Positions 7,237-15,941 are shown, numbered from the stretch's first letter. The stretch: 24,000 bases of DNA from Oscillospiraceae bacterium (GCA_902791215.1 CADAUZ010000001.1:1-24000), one strand, 5' to 3'. The notes: generated by a model not told the origin, from the letters alone. Numbers and translations: made by a program.

Positions 7237-7349
7237 AGTAAGCAGAATATCACATCTTGAGAACAATAGCAATCAAAATACACGTACAATGTATAAATCG
7301 TGTCCCGCGTGGAGATACTAGCTGTGCAAATACCGAGAGGAGGATGGAA

Positions 7350-7658
7350 ATGAAAAGATCTTTTGCATATCTTGTACTTGTCCTGCTGCTCAGCCTGCTG
7401 CTGTCTGCCTGCGGAGACACATCCGGCCGCGGCAATGTCACCGCTTCGCCCTGGCCTGAGGTGACGACACCCGTCATGCCGACGCCCACCGCCGATTTCA
7501 GCCTTACGCCCGTCCCGGACGCCGGAATGGGAAACGACATGACCGACAATGACACCGGTATGAACAACGATACCGGCACATTCGGAAACACCGTGCCCGG
7601 CAGCGGGACAAGCAGCATGACAACGAGTACGCCCATTCCCACAGACACCAGCCGTTAA
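7350..7658 (+). CDS. Small secreted lipoprotein, low-complexity (Thr/Pro/Asp/Asn-rich)
   Basis: GAGGAGG RBS at 7337-7343. The signal peptide MKRSFAYLVLVLLLSLLLSAC ends in the lipobox LSAC. The mature part has no recognisable domain. ATG 7344 is an alternative start. Confidence 0.6.
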   Translation: MKRSFAYLVLVLLLSLLLSACGDTSGRGNVTASPWPEVTTPVMPTPTADFSLTPVPDAGMGNDMTDNDTGMNNDTGTFGNTVPGSGTSSMTTSTPIPTDTSR

Positions 7659-7661
7659 CGC

Positions 7662-7690
7662 AAAAACCGCCCGAACCGGGCGGCTTTTTT
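7662..7690. terminator. Bidirectional intrinsic terminator (lipoprotein gene / dapA)
   Basis: AAAAA, then the stem CCGCCCG/CGGGCGG (7667-7683), then C and TTTTTT (T-run 7685-7690). It lies between convergent stop codons. Confidence 0.8.
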
Positions 7691-7701
7691 GTTATACTTT
7701 G

Positions 7702-8589
7702 TTATACGTTGATCCCCACATCGCGCATGGCGGAAGTCAGCGCCGCCTTGTTTTCCGGGGAGATCGGCACAAGGGGGAGGCGGAGAAGGCCGCTGTCCAT
7801 GTCCATCAGCTGCATGGCGGTCTTGACCGGGATCGGATTCGTCTCGATGAAGAGCGCGGAGATCAGGGCAGCGTATTTTCCGTAGAGCGCCGCCGCCGCT
7901 TCATAATCACCGTCCAGGCAGAGGCTGCAGAGCTTTGCAACAGTGGCCGGTACGATATTGCTCGCAACAGAGATGACCCCCAGCGCGCCCAGTGACATGA
8001 GCGGCACGGTGCAGTCGTCGTTTCCGCTCCAGATATGGAGCTCGTCGCCGCATAAGCTTCGGATCTTTGCCCCGAGTGCGATATCCCCGGACGCCTCCTT
8101 GATGCCGTTGATGTTCTGATGGGCGGACAGCCGTTTGCAGGTCTCGGCGGTGAGACCGATGCCGGTCCTGCTCGGCACATTGTAGAGGATCATGGGGATC
8201 TCTACCCGGTCGGCAACGAAGGTAAAGTGCTCATACAGGCCCTGCTGCGTGCTCTTGTTGTAATAAGGCGTCACCATGAGGATCGCGTCGGCGCCGGCGG
8301 CCCTCGCGCTCTCGGCCCGACGGAGAGCCGTGAGCGTATTGTTGCTGCCGACCCCGACGATGATCTTCATTCTGCCCGCGTTCGCGCAGATAGCTGCGTG
8401 CACCAGCTCCTGATGCTCATCCTCACTGAGGGTGGCGTTTTCCCCGGTGGTGCCGCAGACCACGACAGCGGCCGTTCCGTTTTCGTACTGGAAGTCCAGG
8501 TTCTTTTTCAGCCTCTCATAATCGATCCCGCCCTTGTCAAACGGTGTGACGATCGCTGTGCAGGAGCCCTTGAATACAGGTGTTTTCAA
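7702..8589 (-). CDS. dapA: 4-hydroxy-tetrahydrodipicolinate synthase
   Basis: MKTPVFKGSCTAIVTPF...VVVCGTTGENATLS...YNVPSRTG...IKEASGD is collinear with DapA. It uses a TTG start with GGAGG 8 nt upstream. Confidence 0.93.
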   Translation of the reverse strand: MKTPVFKGSCTAIVTPFDKGGIDYERLKKNLDFQYENGTAAVVVCGTTGENATLSEDEHQELVHAAICANAGRMKIIVGVGSNNTLTALRRAESARAAGADAILMVTPYYNKSTQQGLYEHFTFVADRVEIPMILYNVPSRTGIGLTAETCKRLSAHQNINGIKEASGDIALGAKIRSLCGDELHIWSGNDDCTVPLMSLGALGVISVASNIVPATVAKLCSLCLDGDYEAAAALYGKYAALISALFIETNPIPVKTAMQLMDMDSGLLRLPLVPISPENKAALTSAMRDVGINV

Positions 8590-8661
8590 TCATCCAGCCT
8601 CCAATCAGAAGATTACAGCAAACACTTTATGATTTGTTTTGAGAGATTATGAGCGCTTACA

Positions 8662-8690
8662 TTGAAAATAGAAAAAACATCTGGTATAAT
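8662..8690 (+). promoter_or_regulatory. Sigma-A-type promoter (extended -10) for queA-tgt
   Basis: TTGAAA (8662-8667), a 17-nt spacer, then TGgTATAAT (the -10 hexamer is 8685-8690). Confidence 0.75.
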
Positions 8691-8724
8691 AGCATCCAAT
8701 TCTCAAAAAGGATCGGAACATACT

Positions 8725-9747
8725 TTGAAAAAATCAGATTTTTATTTTGATCTGCCCGAGGAGCTTATCGCCCAGACGCCGCTGCAAAAGCGCGATTCCT
8801 CGCGCATGCTGCATCTGGACAGGCAGACGGGGGGGATAGAGCACCGCCATTTCTATGAGCTGCCGGAATACCTGCGCGAAGGCGACTGCCTTGTGCTCAA
8901 CGATACGCGTGTCCTGCCGGCGCGGCTTCTCGGCTGCCGCAGCAGCGGCGGCGGTGTGGAGCTTGTGCTGCTGCGCGACCTGGGCGAGGGGCGCTGGGAA
9001 TGCCTGAGCCGTCCGGGCCGGAAGACCAAGCCCGGAACGGAGCTTTCGTTCGGTGACGGGGAGCTCACGGCGACTGTGGAGGCGGTGGCCGAAGGCGGCA
9101 ACCGTATCGTTCGGTTTCATTATGACGGGATCTTTCTGGAGGTGCTGGAGCGTCTCGGCAAGATGCCCCTGCCGCCGTATATCAAGGAGGAGCTTCAGGA
9201 CGCCGAGCGCTACCAGACGGTCTATTCCCGCGAGCTCGGCAGCGCCGCCGCGCCCACAGCCGGGCTCCACTTCACACCGGAGCTGCTGGACGAGATCGCC
9301 AAAAAGGGCGTGAAGATCTGCTATGTCACGCTGCATGTTGGCCTCGGCACCTTCCGCCCGGTAAAAGAGGATGAGATCGAGGATCATGAGATGCACTCAG
9401 AGTTTTGCGTCGTGTCCCCGGAGACGGCGGACACTGTCAATACGGTCAAAAAGAGCGGCGGGCGCGTGATCGCTGTGGGCACGACCTCCTGCAGGACGCT
9501 GGAGAGCTTCACGGACGAGGACGGCACGCTCCGTCCTGGCTCCCGCTGGACGAATATCTTCATCTATCCCGGCTATCGCTTTAAATGCATCGACGCGCTC
9601 ATCACCAATTTCCATCTGCCGGAGAGCACGCTGATCATGCTTGTCTCGGCCCTCGCGGGGAGAGAGAATATCCTGCGCGCCTATGAGACAGCGGTGAAGG
9701 AGCGCTACCGCTTTTTCTCCTTCGGCGATGCGATGCTGATTCTGTAA
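8725..9747 (+). CDS. queA: S-adenosylmethionine:tRNA ribosyltransferase-isomerase
   Basis: (L/M)[19 protein letters not shown] is the canonical QueA N-terminus. The ORF-track start at 8662 lies inside the promoter. TTG 8725 is the only canonical start codon in frame downstream of the predicted transcription start. Confidence 0.9.
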   Translation: MKKSDFYFDLPEELIAQTPLQKRDSSRMLHLDRQTGGIEHRHFYELPEYLREGDCLVLNDTRVLPARLLGCRSSGGGVELVLLRDLGEGRWECLSRPGRKTKPGTELSFGDGELTATVEAVAEGGNRIVRFHYDGIFLEVLERLGKMPLPPYIKEELQDAERYQTVYSRELGSAAAPTAGLHFTPELLDEIAKKGVKICYVTLHVGLGTFRPVKEDEIEDHEMHSEFCVVSPETADTVNTVKKSGGRVIAVGTTSCRTLESFTDEDGTLRPGSRWTNIFIYPGYRFKCIDALITNFHLPESTLIMLVSALAGRENILRAYETAVKERYRFFSFGDAMLIL

Positions 9748-9760
9748 CAGGAGGGACGAC

Positions 9761-10891
9761 GTGTACAAGCTTCTCAAGCAGGAAGGCCGCGCACGCCGCG
9801 GCGAATTTACAACCCCCCACGGGACCGTACAGACACCGGTTTTCATGAACGTCGGCACCCAGGGCGCGATCAAGGGGGCGCTCTCGGCGGCGGATCTCAA
9901 GACCATCGGCTGCCAGATCGAGCTTTCCAATACCTACCATCTCCATGTGCGCCCCGGCGACGAGTTGATCAAATCCCTCGGCGGGCTGCACAGATTCATG
10001 ACCTGGGACAGGCCTATCCTGACCGACAGCGGCGGCTTTCAGATCTTTTCCCTTGCCAAGCTGCGCAAGATCACGGAGGAGGGGGTCAAGTTCAACTCCC
10101 ATGTCGACGGGCGCCACATCTTCATGGGGCCGGAGGAGAGTATGCGCATCCAGGCCAATCTCGGCTCGGATATCGCCATGGCCTTCGATGAGTGCATCAA
10201 GATCCCCTCACCGCATGAATATGTCCGCCGCTCCTGCGACCGTACCTTCCGCTGGCTCCAGCGCTGCAAGGAGGCGCTGGCGGCTTATAACGCCGAGGAC
10301 GACGCGGTCAATCCGGGGCAGATGCTTTTCGGCATCAACCAGGGGGCGGTCTTTGCAGATCTGCGCGTGGAGCACATGAAGCAGATCGCGGATCTCGATC
10401 TGCCCGGCTATGCCATCGGCGGCCTTGCGGTCGGGGAAACACATCAGGAGATGTACGACACCATTGAAATCGTGGAGGAGCACATGCCCAAGGACAGGCC
10501 CCGCTACCTGATGGGCGTCGGCACGCCGGGCAACATCATCGAGAGCGTGGCCCGCGGCGTGGATTTCTTCGACTGCGTCATGCCCGCCCGCAACGGACGG
10601 CACGGACATCTCTTCACCTGGGACGGCATCATCAATATTAAAAACGAAAAATATCTTCGCGACGAAAGCCCCATCGACCCCAAGTGCAGCTGCCCGGTCT
10701 GCCGCCGCTACTCCCGCGCCTATGTGCGGCACCTCTTCAAGGCGGAGGAAATGCTGGCCATGCGCTTTGCCGTCATGCACAATCTGTATTTCTACAACAG
10801 CCTCGCCCAGGCGATCCGCGACCATCTGGATGCGGGTACGTTTATGGACTTCCGGGGCAAATATTCGGAAATTCTCGACAAACGTATATAA
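9761..10891 (+). CDS. tgt: tRNA-guanine transglycosylase (queuine tRNA-ribosyltransferase)
   Basis: RARRGEFTTPHGTVQTPVFMNVGT...TDSGGFQ...GLAVGE and the Zn site CSCPVC...H. It uses a GTG start with AGGAGGG at 9749-9755. Confidence 0.95.
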   Translation: MYKLLKQEGRARRGEFTTPHGTVQTPVFMNVGTQGAIKGALSAADLKTIGCQIELSNTYHLHVRPGDELIKSLGGLHRFMTWDRPILTDSGGFQIFSLAKLRKITEEGVKFNSHVDGRHIFMGPEESMRIQANLGSDIAMAFDECIKIPSPHEYVRRSCDRTFRWLQRCKEALAAYNAEDDAVNPGQMLFGINQGAVFADLRVEHMKQIADLDLPGYAIGGLAVGETHQEMYDTIEIVEEHMPKDRPRYLMGVGTPGNIIESVARGVDFFDCVMPARNGRHGHLFTWDGIINIKNEKYLRDESPIDPKCSCPVCRRYSRAYVRHLFKAEEMLAMRFAVMHNLYFYNSLAQAIRDHLDAGTFMDFRGKYSEILDKRI

Positions 10892-10896
10892 GCATC

Positions 10897-10925
10897 TTGA
10901 AATTTCCCGATAATCCATATATAAT
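10897..10925 (+). promoter_or_regulatory. Sigma-A-type promoter for yajC
   Basis: TTGAAA (10897-10902), a 17-nt spacer, then TATAAT (10920-10925). Confidence 0.7.
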
Positions 10926-10956
10926 ATAAACACTTTTGATTCGGAGGTTTCCAGGA

Positions 10957-11310
10957 ATGAATTTAATTCTTACTGCCGAAGCTGGTGCCGCCGCCGGCGG
11001 CTCTGCGTCCATGCTCATCATGCTCGTGCTGATGTTCGCGGTCTTCTATTTCTTCTTCATCCGTCCCGAGAACAAGAAGAAAAAGACTGTCGAAGAAATG
11101 CGCAGCGCCCTGAGCGTCGGCGATGAGATCACCACCATCGGCGCCATGACCGGCAAGATCGTCCAGGTCACGGAAGACACCGTCACCTTTGAGACCGGTG
11201 AGGACCGCGTCCGCATCCAGATCAAGAAGTGGGGCGTGTCCACCACCGCCAAGATGGAAGCGGCAGAGGCCGAAGCCCGCGCCGCCAAGACCAGAGGCAG
11301 AAAAAAATAA
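10957..11310 (+). CDS. yajC: Preprotein translocase subunit YajC
   Basis: A single TM segment followed by FFFIRPENKKKK...GDEITTIGAMTGKIV, as in YajC. GGAGG lies 9 nt upstream of ATG 10957. The position after queA-tgt is conserved. Confidence 0.85.
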   Translation: MNLILTAEAGAAAGGSASMLIMLVLMFAVFYFFFIRPENKKKKTVEEMRSALSVGDEITTIGAMTGKIVQVTEDTVTFETGEDRVRIQIKKWGVSTTAKMEAAEAEARAAKTRGRKK

Positions 11311-11329
11311 GCCTGTCCCTGAATCGAAG

Positions 11330-11382
11330 CACTCCCGAGCAAATAAGATAAAGTAATCTTATTTGCCTGGGGGTGTTTTTTT
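11330..11382 (+). terminator. Long hairpin plus T7 run after yajC (intrinsic terminator or attenuator)
   Basis: CACTCCCGAGCAAATAAGAT (11330-11349) pairs imperfectly with ATCTTATTTGCCTGGGGGTG (11356-11375). The inner 11 bp are perfect. TTTTTTT follows at 11376-11382. Confidence 0.6.
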
Positions 11383-11404
11383 GTTTAACGGTGAAAACAG
11401 GGGA

Positions 11405-11800
11405 TTGCCTGACGGCAGGTATCTGCTCAGGGCGGGGCTCGCGTGGATTGTGAGTGCGGCGCTGTTTGTGCTTGTGGGTACGCTGGCTGCAAATACACTC
11501 GGCCTCGGGGAGCAGGGCCTCGGGATCATGAGCTCCGCCGTCAGTTTTTCAGCGGCCTTTGCGGCGGGATTTATCGCGACTCGCAGCTGTACGGCATCGA
11601 GGCTTTTCATTTCGCTCACGACTGCGACGGCGCTGATCATTTTTCTGCTCACGGTCGGTTTCCTGATCAAAGGGGAGGAAATGAACACCTCCGCCATTTT
11701 GAGCATTGTCAGCTTCACCTATGTGGGGGTCCTTTCAGGCTCTATACTGCCGCCGCGGAAAAGAAACGGGAAAAAATACCATAGCGCAAAATTGACATAA
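11405..11800 (+). CDS. YrzE/TIGR04086-like small membrane protein (start uncertain)
   Basis: Three to four hydrophobic segments and a basic tail. It occupies the position after yajC that yrzE holds in B. subtilis. The ORF-track start (11363) and TTG 11381 fall inside the upstream hairpin/T-run, so TTG 11405 is chosen, without a convincing RBS. Confidence 0.5.
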   Translation: MPDGRYLLRAGLAWIVSAALFVLVGTLAANTLGLGEQGLGIMSSAVSFSAAFAAGFIATRSCTASRLFISLTTATALIIFLLTVGFLIKGEEMNTSAILSIVSFTYVGVLSGSILPPRKRNGKKYHSAKLT

Positions 11801-11923
11801 CAGAAAGGGTAATCCGATTTCGACAGCTTTATCGAGCGCATGTATGCAGGCACAGCGGAAATAAGAAAGTAACGAGAGTTGACATAAGCGAAAAAATATT
11901 TTTTGAAAAAATGAAAAAAAGAC

Positions 11924-11952
11924 TTGATTATTTTCCGAGTTTGTAATATATT
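11924..11952 (+). promoter_or_regulatory. Possible sigma-A-type promoter for the xerD-like gene
   Basis: TTGATT (11924-11929), a 17-nt spacer, then TATATT (11947-11952). It would give a leader of about 120 nt. Confidence 0.4.
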
Positions 11953-12080
11953 GTTTCCAGATCAATTATGTTAATTACAAAATTATTTCACATTTGCCGA
12001 TCCGGTTACATATGCTCTTTCCCTCAGGGTTAAACAGTTTCCGCAGATCGGCAGGATATCACAGAAAGAAGGGCGTTTGC

Positions 12081-12971
12081 GTGCAAAATTCCGAATGTAT
12101 AGAGATGTTTGAAAAATATCTCGTGGAGGACAAGAAGGCATCCGCGAACACCCTCAGCTCTTATCTGAGAGATATCAGGCAGCTTGGTGATTTCCTGGAT
12201 GCGCACGGAGAAAACGGAATCGTGGAAGCGAGCGCCGAGGAGCTTTCCGCCTATATCGAAATGCTGCGGGCAAACGGAAAATCCGTCGCCACGGTCTCAC
12301 GGTCCATCGCCTCGATCAAGTGCCTGTACGCGCACCTTTTCATCAAGCAGCTCATCACGGTAAACCCTGCCCAGGGGCTGGTCCCGGACAAGAGCACCCA
12401 GAAGCTTCCGGAGATCCTGACGAGCAAGGAGGTCGAGCTTCTGCTGGAGCAGCCGAAGTGCATCGACCCCAAGGGCTACCGCGACAAGGCCATGCTGGAG
12501 CTGCTGTACGCAACCGGCATCCGCGTGACGGAGCTCATTGACCTGAACATTCAGGACGTGAATCTCGCCGCCGGTGTCATCCGCTGCGCAAGCCGCAACC
12601 GGGAGCGCTTCATTCCCATGTATCCCGCCGCGGTCAAGGCCCTGAGCGATTACATCACGCTTGTGCGCCCGCAGATGATCCTGATGCCGGATGAGCAGTC
12701 CCTCTTCGTCAACGTCAGCGGTGAACGCATGTCCCGCCAGGGCTTCTGGAAAATCGTCAAGCACTATCAGAAGAAGGCCGGGATCGAAAAGGACATCACG
12801 CCCCACACCCTGCGCCACTCCTTCGCCGCGCATCTGCTGGAAAACGGCGCGGACATCCACGCTATCCAGGAAATGCTGGGACACCGGGACATTTCCTCCA
12901 CGCACATGTATTCCCAGCTTGTAAAGAAACAGCTCAAGGATGTCTACAACAAGGCTCATCCCAGAGCATAA
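12081..12971 (+). CDS. xerD: Site-specific tyrosine recombinase, XerD/XerC family
   Basis: FEKYLVEDKKASANTLSSYLRDIRQL (core-binding domain), ATGIRVTEL (Arg), HTLRHSFAAHLL (HxxR) and LGHRDISSTHMYSQL (His, Tyr). I prefer GTG 12081, with GAAGGG 7 nt upstream, because it gives a canonical N-terminal length. ATG 12105 is the alternative. Confidence 0.85.
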   Translation: MQNSECIEMFEKYLVEDKKASANTLSSYLRDIRQLGDFLDAHGENGIVEASAEELSAYIEMLRANGKSVATVSRSIASIKCLYAHLFIKQLITVNPAQGLVPDKSTQKLPEILTSKEVELLLEQPKCIDPKGYRDKAMLELLYATGIRVTELIDLNIQDVNLAAGVIRCASRNRERFIPMYPAAVKALSDYITLVRPQMILMPDEQSLFVNVSGERMSRQGFWKIVKHYQKKAGIEKDITPHTLRHSFAAHLLENGADIHAIQEMLGHRDISSTHMYSQLVKKQLKDVYNKAHPRA

Positions 12972-12980
12972 GATTTGATT

Positions 12981-13018
12981 GCCCGTCATCCCGCAGGGGA
13001 CGGCGGGCTGTCTTTTTT
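12981..13018 (+). terminator. Intrinsic terminator after the xerD-like gene
   Basis: GCCCGTCATCCC (12981-12992) pairs with GGGACGGCGGGC (12997-13008) around a GCAG loop, with one mismatch and one G-U pair. It is followed by TGTCTTTTTT. Confidence 0.6.
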
Positions 13019-13070
13019 GTGGTTGCGAAAGCGGGGAGAGTATGGTAAAATCTCGCTGGAGTGTGATTAT

Positions 13071-13583
13071 ATGCGAATCTTGGGGATCGACCCGGGCATC
13101 GCCACCATCGGCTTCGGCGCTCTCGAATCCGAAAAAAACAGCCACAGGCTCATTAACTGCGGCGTCATCACGACGCCCGCGCATACCAGTCTCTCGAGCC
13201 GCCTGGAGCAGATTTATGACGATATGCTCAGTCTGCTCGATCTGTTCAAGCCAGATGCCGTGTCGATCGAGGAGCTTTTTTTCAACACCAATATCACCAC
13301 CGGCATCGCGGTCGCCCACGGCAGGGGCGTGATCCTGCTCGCCTGCCGCAAGTACGGGGTGAAGGTCTACGAATATACGCCTTTGCAGGTCAAGCAGGCG
13401 GTCGTGGGCTACGGGCGCGCGGAAAAGCGCCAGGTGATGGATATGGTCAAGCGCATCTGCCAGCTTCCCGCGCCCCCAAAGCCGGACGACGCGGCGGACG
13501 CGGTGGCCCTTGCGATCTGCCACGCCCGAAGCACCACCTCATTACTGTTCAGAGGAGATCAGGAAGAATGTTCTACCATATAG
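13071..13583 (+). CDS. ruvC: Crossover junction endodeoxyribonuclease RuvC
   Basis: MRILGIDPGIATIGFG...VSIEELFF...EYTPLQVKQAVVGYGRAEKRQV...DAADAVALAICH is collinear with RuvC. Confidence 0.92.
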   Translation: MRILGIDPGIATIGFGALESEKNSHRLINCGVITTPAHTSLSSRLEQIYDDMLSLLDLFKPDAVSIEELFFNTNITTGIAVAHGRGVILLACRKYGVKVYEYTPLQVKQAVVGYGRAEKRQVMDMVKRICQLPAPPKPDDAADAVALAICHARSTTSLLFRGDQEECSTI

Positions 13584-14173
13584 AAGGACCTGTCGCCGAG
13601 CTGGAGCCGTCGCTTGCGGTCATCGACTGCGGCGGAGTCGGCTACGCCCTGAGCATCACGGCGAATACGGCGGGCGCTCTCAAACTCGGAGAAAAGGCAA
13701 AGCTCTTTGTGTCGGAGTCGATCGGGGAAGATCACTTTGACCTCTTCGGTTTCCTGGACAAAAGCGAGCGGCGCTTCTTTGAGCTGCTGATCGCCGTGTC
13801 CGGCATCGGCCCGAAGGCCGCCATGTCCATCCTGTCCCACAACACACCGGAGGGTCTTGCACTCGCGATCATCAGCGGCAACGAAAAAGCCCTGACGGTC
13901 GCGCCCGGCATCGGCAAAAAGATCGCCCAGCGCGTGATCCTCGAGCTCAAGGACAAGGTCAGCAAGGAGATGAACAGCGGCGCGGCGGATATGACCGCTT
14001 TCACGCCGGTGAATGTAACGACTGCGGATTCCGCCGTGAACGACGCTCTGGCGGGCCTCACGGTTCTGGGCTATTCCGGGGCGGAGATCGCGCCGGTGCT
14101 CAAAAAGCTGGACACGCAGGACATGACGGCCGAGCAGATCATCAAGGCCGTTTTGAAGCAGATGGTAAAGTAA
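13568..14173 (+). CDS. ruvA: Holliday junction branch migration complex subunit RuvA
   Basis: MFYHIEGPV...VIDCGGVGY...LFGF...ERRFFELLIAVSGIGPKAAMSILS. It overlaps the ruvC end by 16 nt. Confidence 0.93.
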   Translation: MFYHIEGPVAELEPSLAVIDCGGVGYALSITANTAGALKLGEKAKLFVSESIGEDHFDLFGFLDKSERRFFELLIAVSGIGPKAAMSILSHNTPEGLALAIISGNEKALTVAPGIGKKIAQRVILELKDKVSKEMNSGAADMTAFTPVNVTTADSAVNDALAGLTVLGYSGAEIAPVLKKLDTQDMTAEQIIKAVLKQMVK

Positions 14174-14179
14174 GAGCCT

Positions 14180-15220
14180 ATGAGTATTAATTTTTCCGAA
14201 GACGTCAATGATGAGATCATCACCACGGCTGCAAGTCTCCCCGAGGACAACAGCGAGGGATCGCTGCGCCCGAAAACCATCGGGGAGTACATCGGGCAGG
14301 AGAAGGCCAAGGACAATCTCAGCATTTTCATTAACGCCGCCAAAATGCGCGGGGAGTCGCTGGACCATGTCCTGCTGCACGGCCCCCCGGGGCTTGGCAA
14401 GACGACGCTGGCCGCGGTCATCGCCAATGAGATGGGCGTGAACATGCGCATTACCTCCGGCCCTGCGATCGAAAAGCCCGGCGATCTTGTCGCCATGCTC
14501 ACGAATCTGAACGAGGGGGACATCCTCTTCGTCGACGAGATCCACCGCCTCAACCGGGCCTATGAGGAGATCCTGTACCCCGCGATGGAGGACTACGCCA
14601 TCGACATCATCCTCGGAAAGGGCCCCTCGGCGAACTCACTGCATTTGGACCTGCCGCACTTTACGCTCATCGGCGCCACCACGCGCTCGGGCCAGCTGAC
14701 GGCACCGCTTCGTGACCGCTTCGGCGTCACGCTGCGCCTGGAGTTGTATACGCCCGAGGAGCTGCAGCGGATCGTGGTCCGCTCGGCCGGTATTCTAAAC
14801 GTAAAGATCGTCCCCGAGGGGGCATATGAGATCGCCTCGCGCTCCCGCGGCACGCCCCGTATCGCAAACCGCATGCTGCGCCGCGTCCGGGACTTTGCCC
14901 AGGTCCGGGCCGACGGGGTCATTACGCGGGAGGTGGCGGATATGGCGCTGTCCAGTCTCGAGGTAGACAAGCTGGGGCTTGACGCGCTGGACCGCCGCAT
15001 GCTCAGGAGCATCATCGACTTCTACGGCGGCGGGCCGGTGGGCCTGGAAACCCTCGCCGCGACAATCAACGAGGACGCCGTGACGCTCGAGGATGTGTAC
15101 GAGCCGTACCTTCTGCAGTGCGGCTTTCTCACGCGCACACCGCGCGGCCGCTGCGTGACCCAGAAAGCATATCAGCACCTGGGCCTGGAATATCTGGGCC
15201 AGCAAACCCTTGAAATGTAA
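14180..15220 (+). CDS. ruvB: Holliday junction branch migration DNA helicase RuvB
   Basis: [14 protein letters not shown]..., Walker [12 protein letters not shown], Walker [10 protein letters not shown] and [16 protein letters not shown]. Confidence 0.96.
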   Translation: MSINFSEDVNDEIITTAASLPEDNSEGSLRPKTIGEYIGQEKAKDNLSIFINAAKMRGESLDHVLLHGPPGLGKTTLAAVIANEMGVNMRITSGPAIEKPGDLVAMLTNLNEGDILFVDEIHRLNRAYEEILYPAMEDYAIDIILGKGPSANSLHLDLPHFTLIGATTRSGQLTAPLRDRFGVTLRLELYTPEELQRIVVRSAGILNVKIVPEGAYEIASRSRGTPRIANRMLRRVRDFAQVRADGVITREVADMALSSLEVDKLGLDALDRRMLRSIIDFYGGGPVGLETLAATINEDAVTLEDVYEPYLLQCGFLTRTPRGRCVTQKAYQHLGLEYLGQQTLEM

Positions 15221-15261
15221 GCTTTTTGCCCTCCCTGCATCACTTTATACAAAAAAGGGTA

Positions 15262-15289
15262 TTGACTTTGGCGGTTTGTGTTGTATAAT
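15262..15289 (+). promoter_or_regulatory. Sigma-A-type promoter for the sigH-like gene
   Basis: TTGACT (15262-15267), a 16-nt spacer, then TATAAT (15284-15289). Confidence 0.7.
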
Positions 15290-15323
15290 ACATCATGTAT
15301 ATAGTTAGAGTATTTGAAATAGT

Positions 15324-15941
15324 ATGATAGATTACGCAGGTATGGATGATACGGTGCTGCTGAGACTCGTTTCCGAAGGTGATCGGGATGCCGAGGATGC
15401 TTTGGCGGCGCGTTATCTTCGGCTTGTCAGGATCTGTTCACGACCGCTGTTCCTCGCCGGAGGAGACAGTGAGGACCTGATACAGGAGGGGACCTTCGGG
15501 CTGCTCTCCGCCATCCGCAGCTATGACCCCGCGGACGGCACGATGTTCAAGACCTATGCCGAACACTGCATCCGCATGCGTCTTCTGTCAGCAATCAAAT
15601 CTGCTTCCCGCCTCAAGCACGTTCCCCTTAACGACGGTATTTCACTTGAAGAACTCTCCGAAGATCCCGGTGCCGACCTCTCGGCTCTCCCTGAGCTGAT
15701 CCGCCATAATCCGGAAGAACTGATTCTGGCTAAAGAGAGCAGGGAAGAGCTGAACGCGGCTTTTTCCCGGTGCCTTTCCCGATTTGAGATCAAGGTGCTT
15801 GATCTTTATCTGGAGGGCCTGTCGTATAGAGAAATAGCGGACAGGCTTTGCAGGGACGCAAAGTCGATTGACAACGCCGTGCAGAGAATCCGGCGCAAAC
15901 TTGCACGGGAAAACATTCTTGGCGATATCAGCTTGAGCTGA
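15324..15941 (+). CDS. sigH: RNA polymerase sporulation sigma factor SigH-type (sigma-70 family)
   Basis: Collinear with B. subtilis SigH as I recall it. DLIQEGTFGLLSAIRSYD, AIKSASRLKHVPLNDGISL (SigH: AIKTATRQKHIPLNSY) and the C-terminal KSIDNAVQRIRRKLA...ISL all match. No clear SD sequence. ATG 15342 is an alternative start. Confidence 0.78.
   Translation: MIDYAGMDDTVLLRLVSEGDRDAEDALAARYLRLVRICSRPLFLAGGDSEDLIQEGTFGLLSAIRSYDPADGTMFKTYAEHCIRMRLLSAIKSASRLKHVPLNDGISLEELSEDPGADLSALPELIRHNPEELILAKESREELNAAFSRCLSRFEIKVLDLYLEGLSYREIADRLCRDAKSIDNAVQRIRRKLARENILGDISLS

Noticed and set aside
8590-8661. Looked for a lysine (L-box) riboswitch upstream of dapA and a preQ1 riboswitch upstream of queA
   Set aside because: The dapA-queA spacer is only about 70-130 nt and is largely occupied by the queA promoter. 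The queA leader is about 28 nt. Neither leaves room for these structured elements, and no conserved cores are visible.
11819-11825. Perfect Spo0A-box heptamer TTCGACA
   Set aside because: A 7-mer is expected by chance several times in 24 kb on two strands. It occurs once here with no tandem partner, so I do not call it a regulatory site. It is mentioned only within the xerD-leader finding.
12297-13523. 408-aa minus-strand ORF
   Set aside because: It is antisense to the xerD-like and ruvC genes and spans their intergenic terminator. It is an Arg/Gly/Asp-rich shadow frame.
13559-14545. 328-aa minus-strand ORF
   Set aside because: It is antisense to ruvA and ruvB, which are unambiguous. It has no RBS or recognisable motifs.
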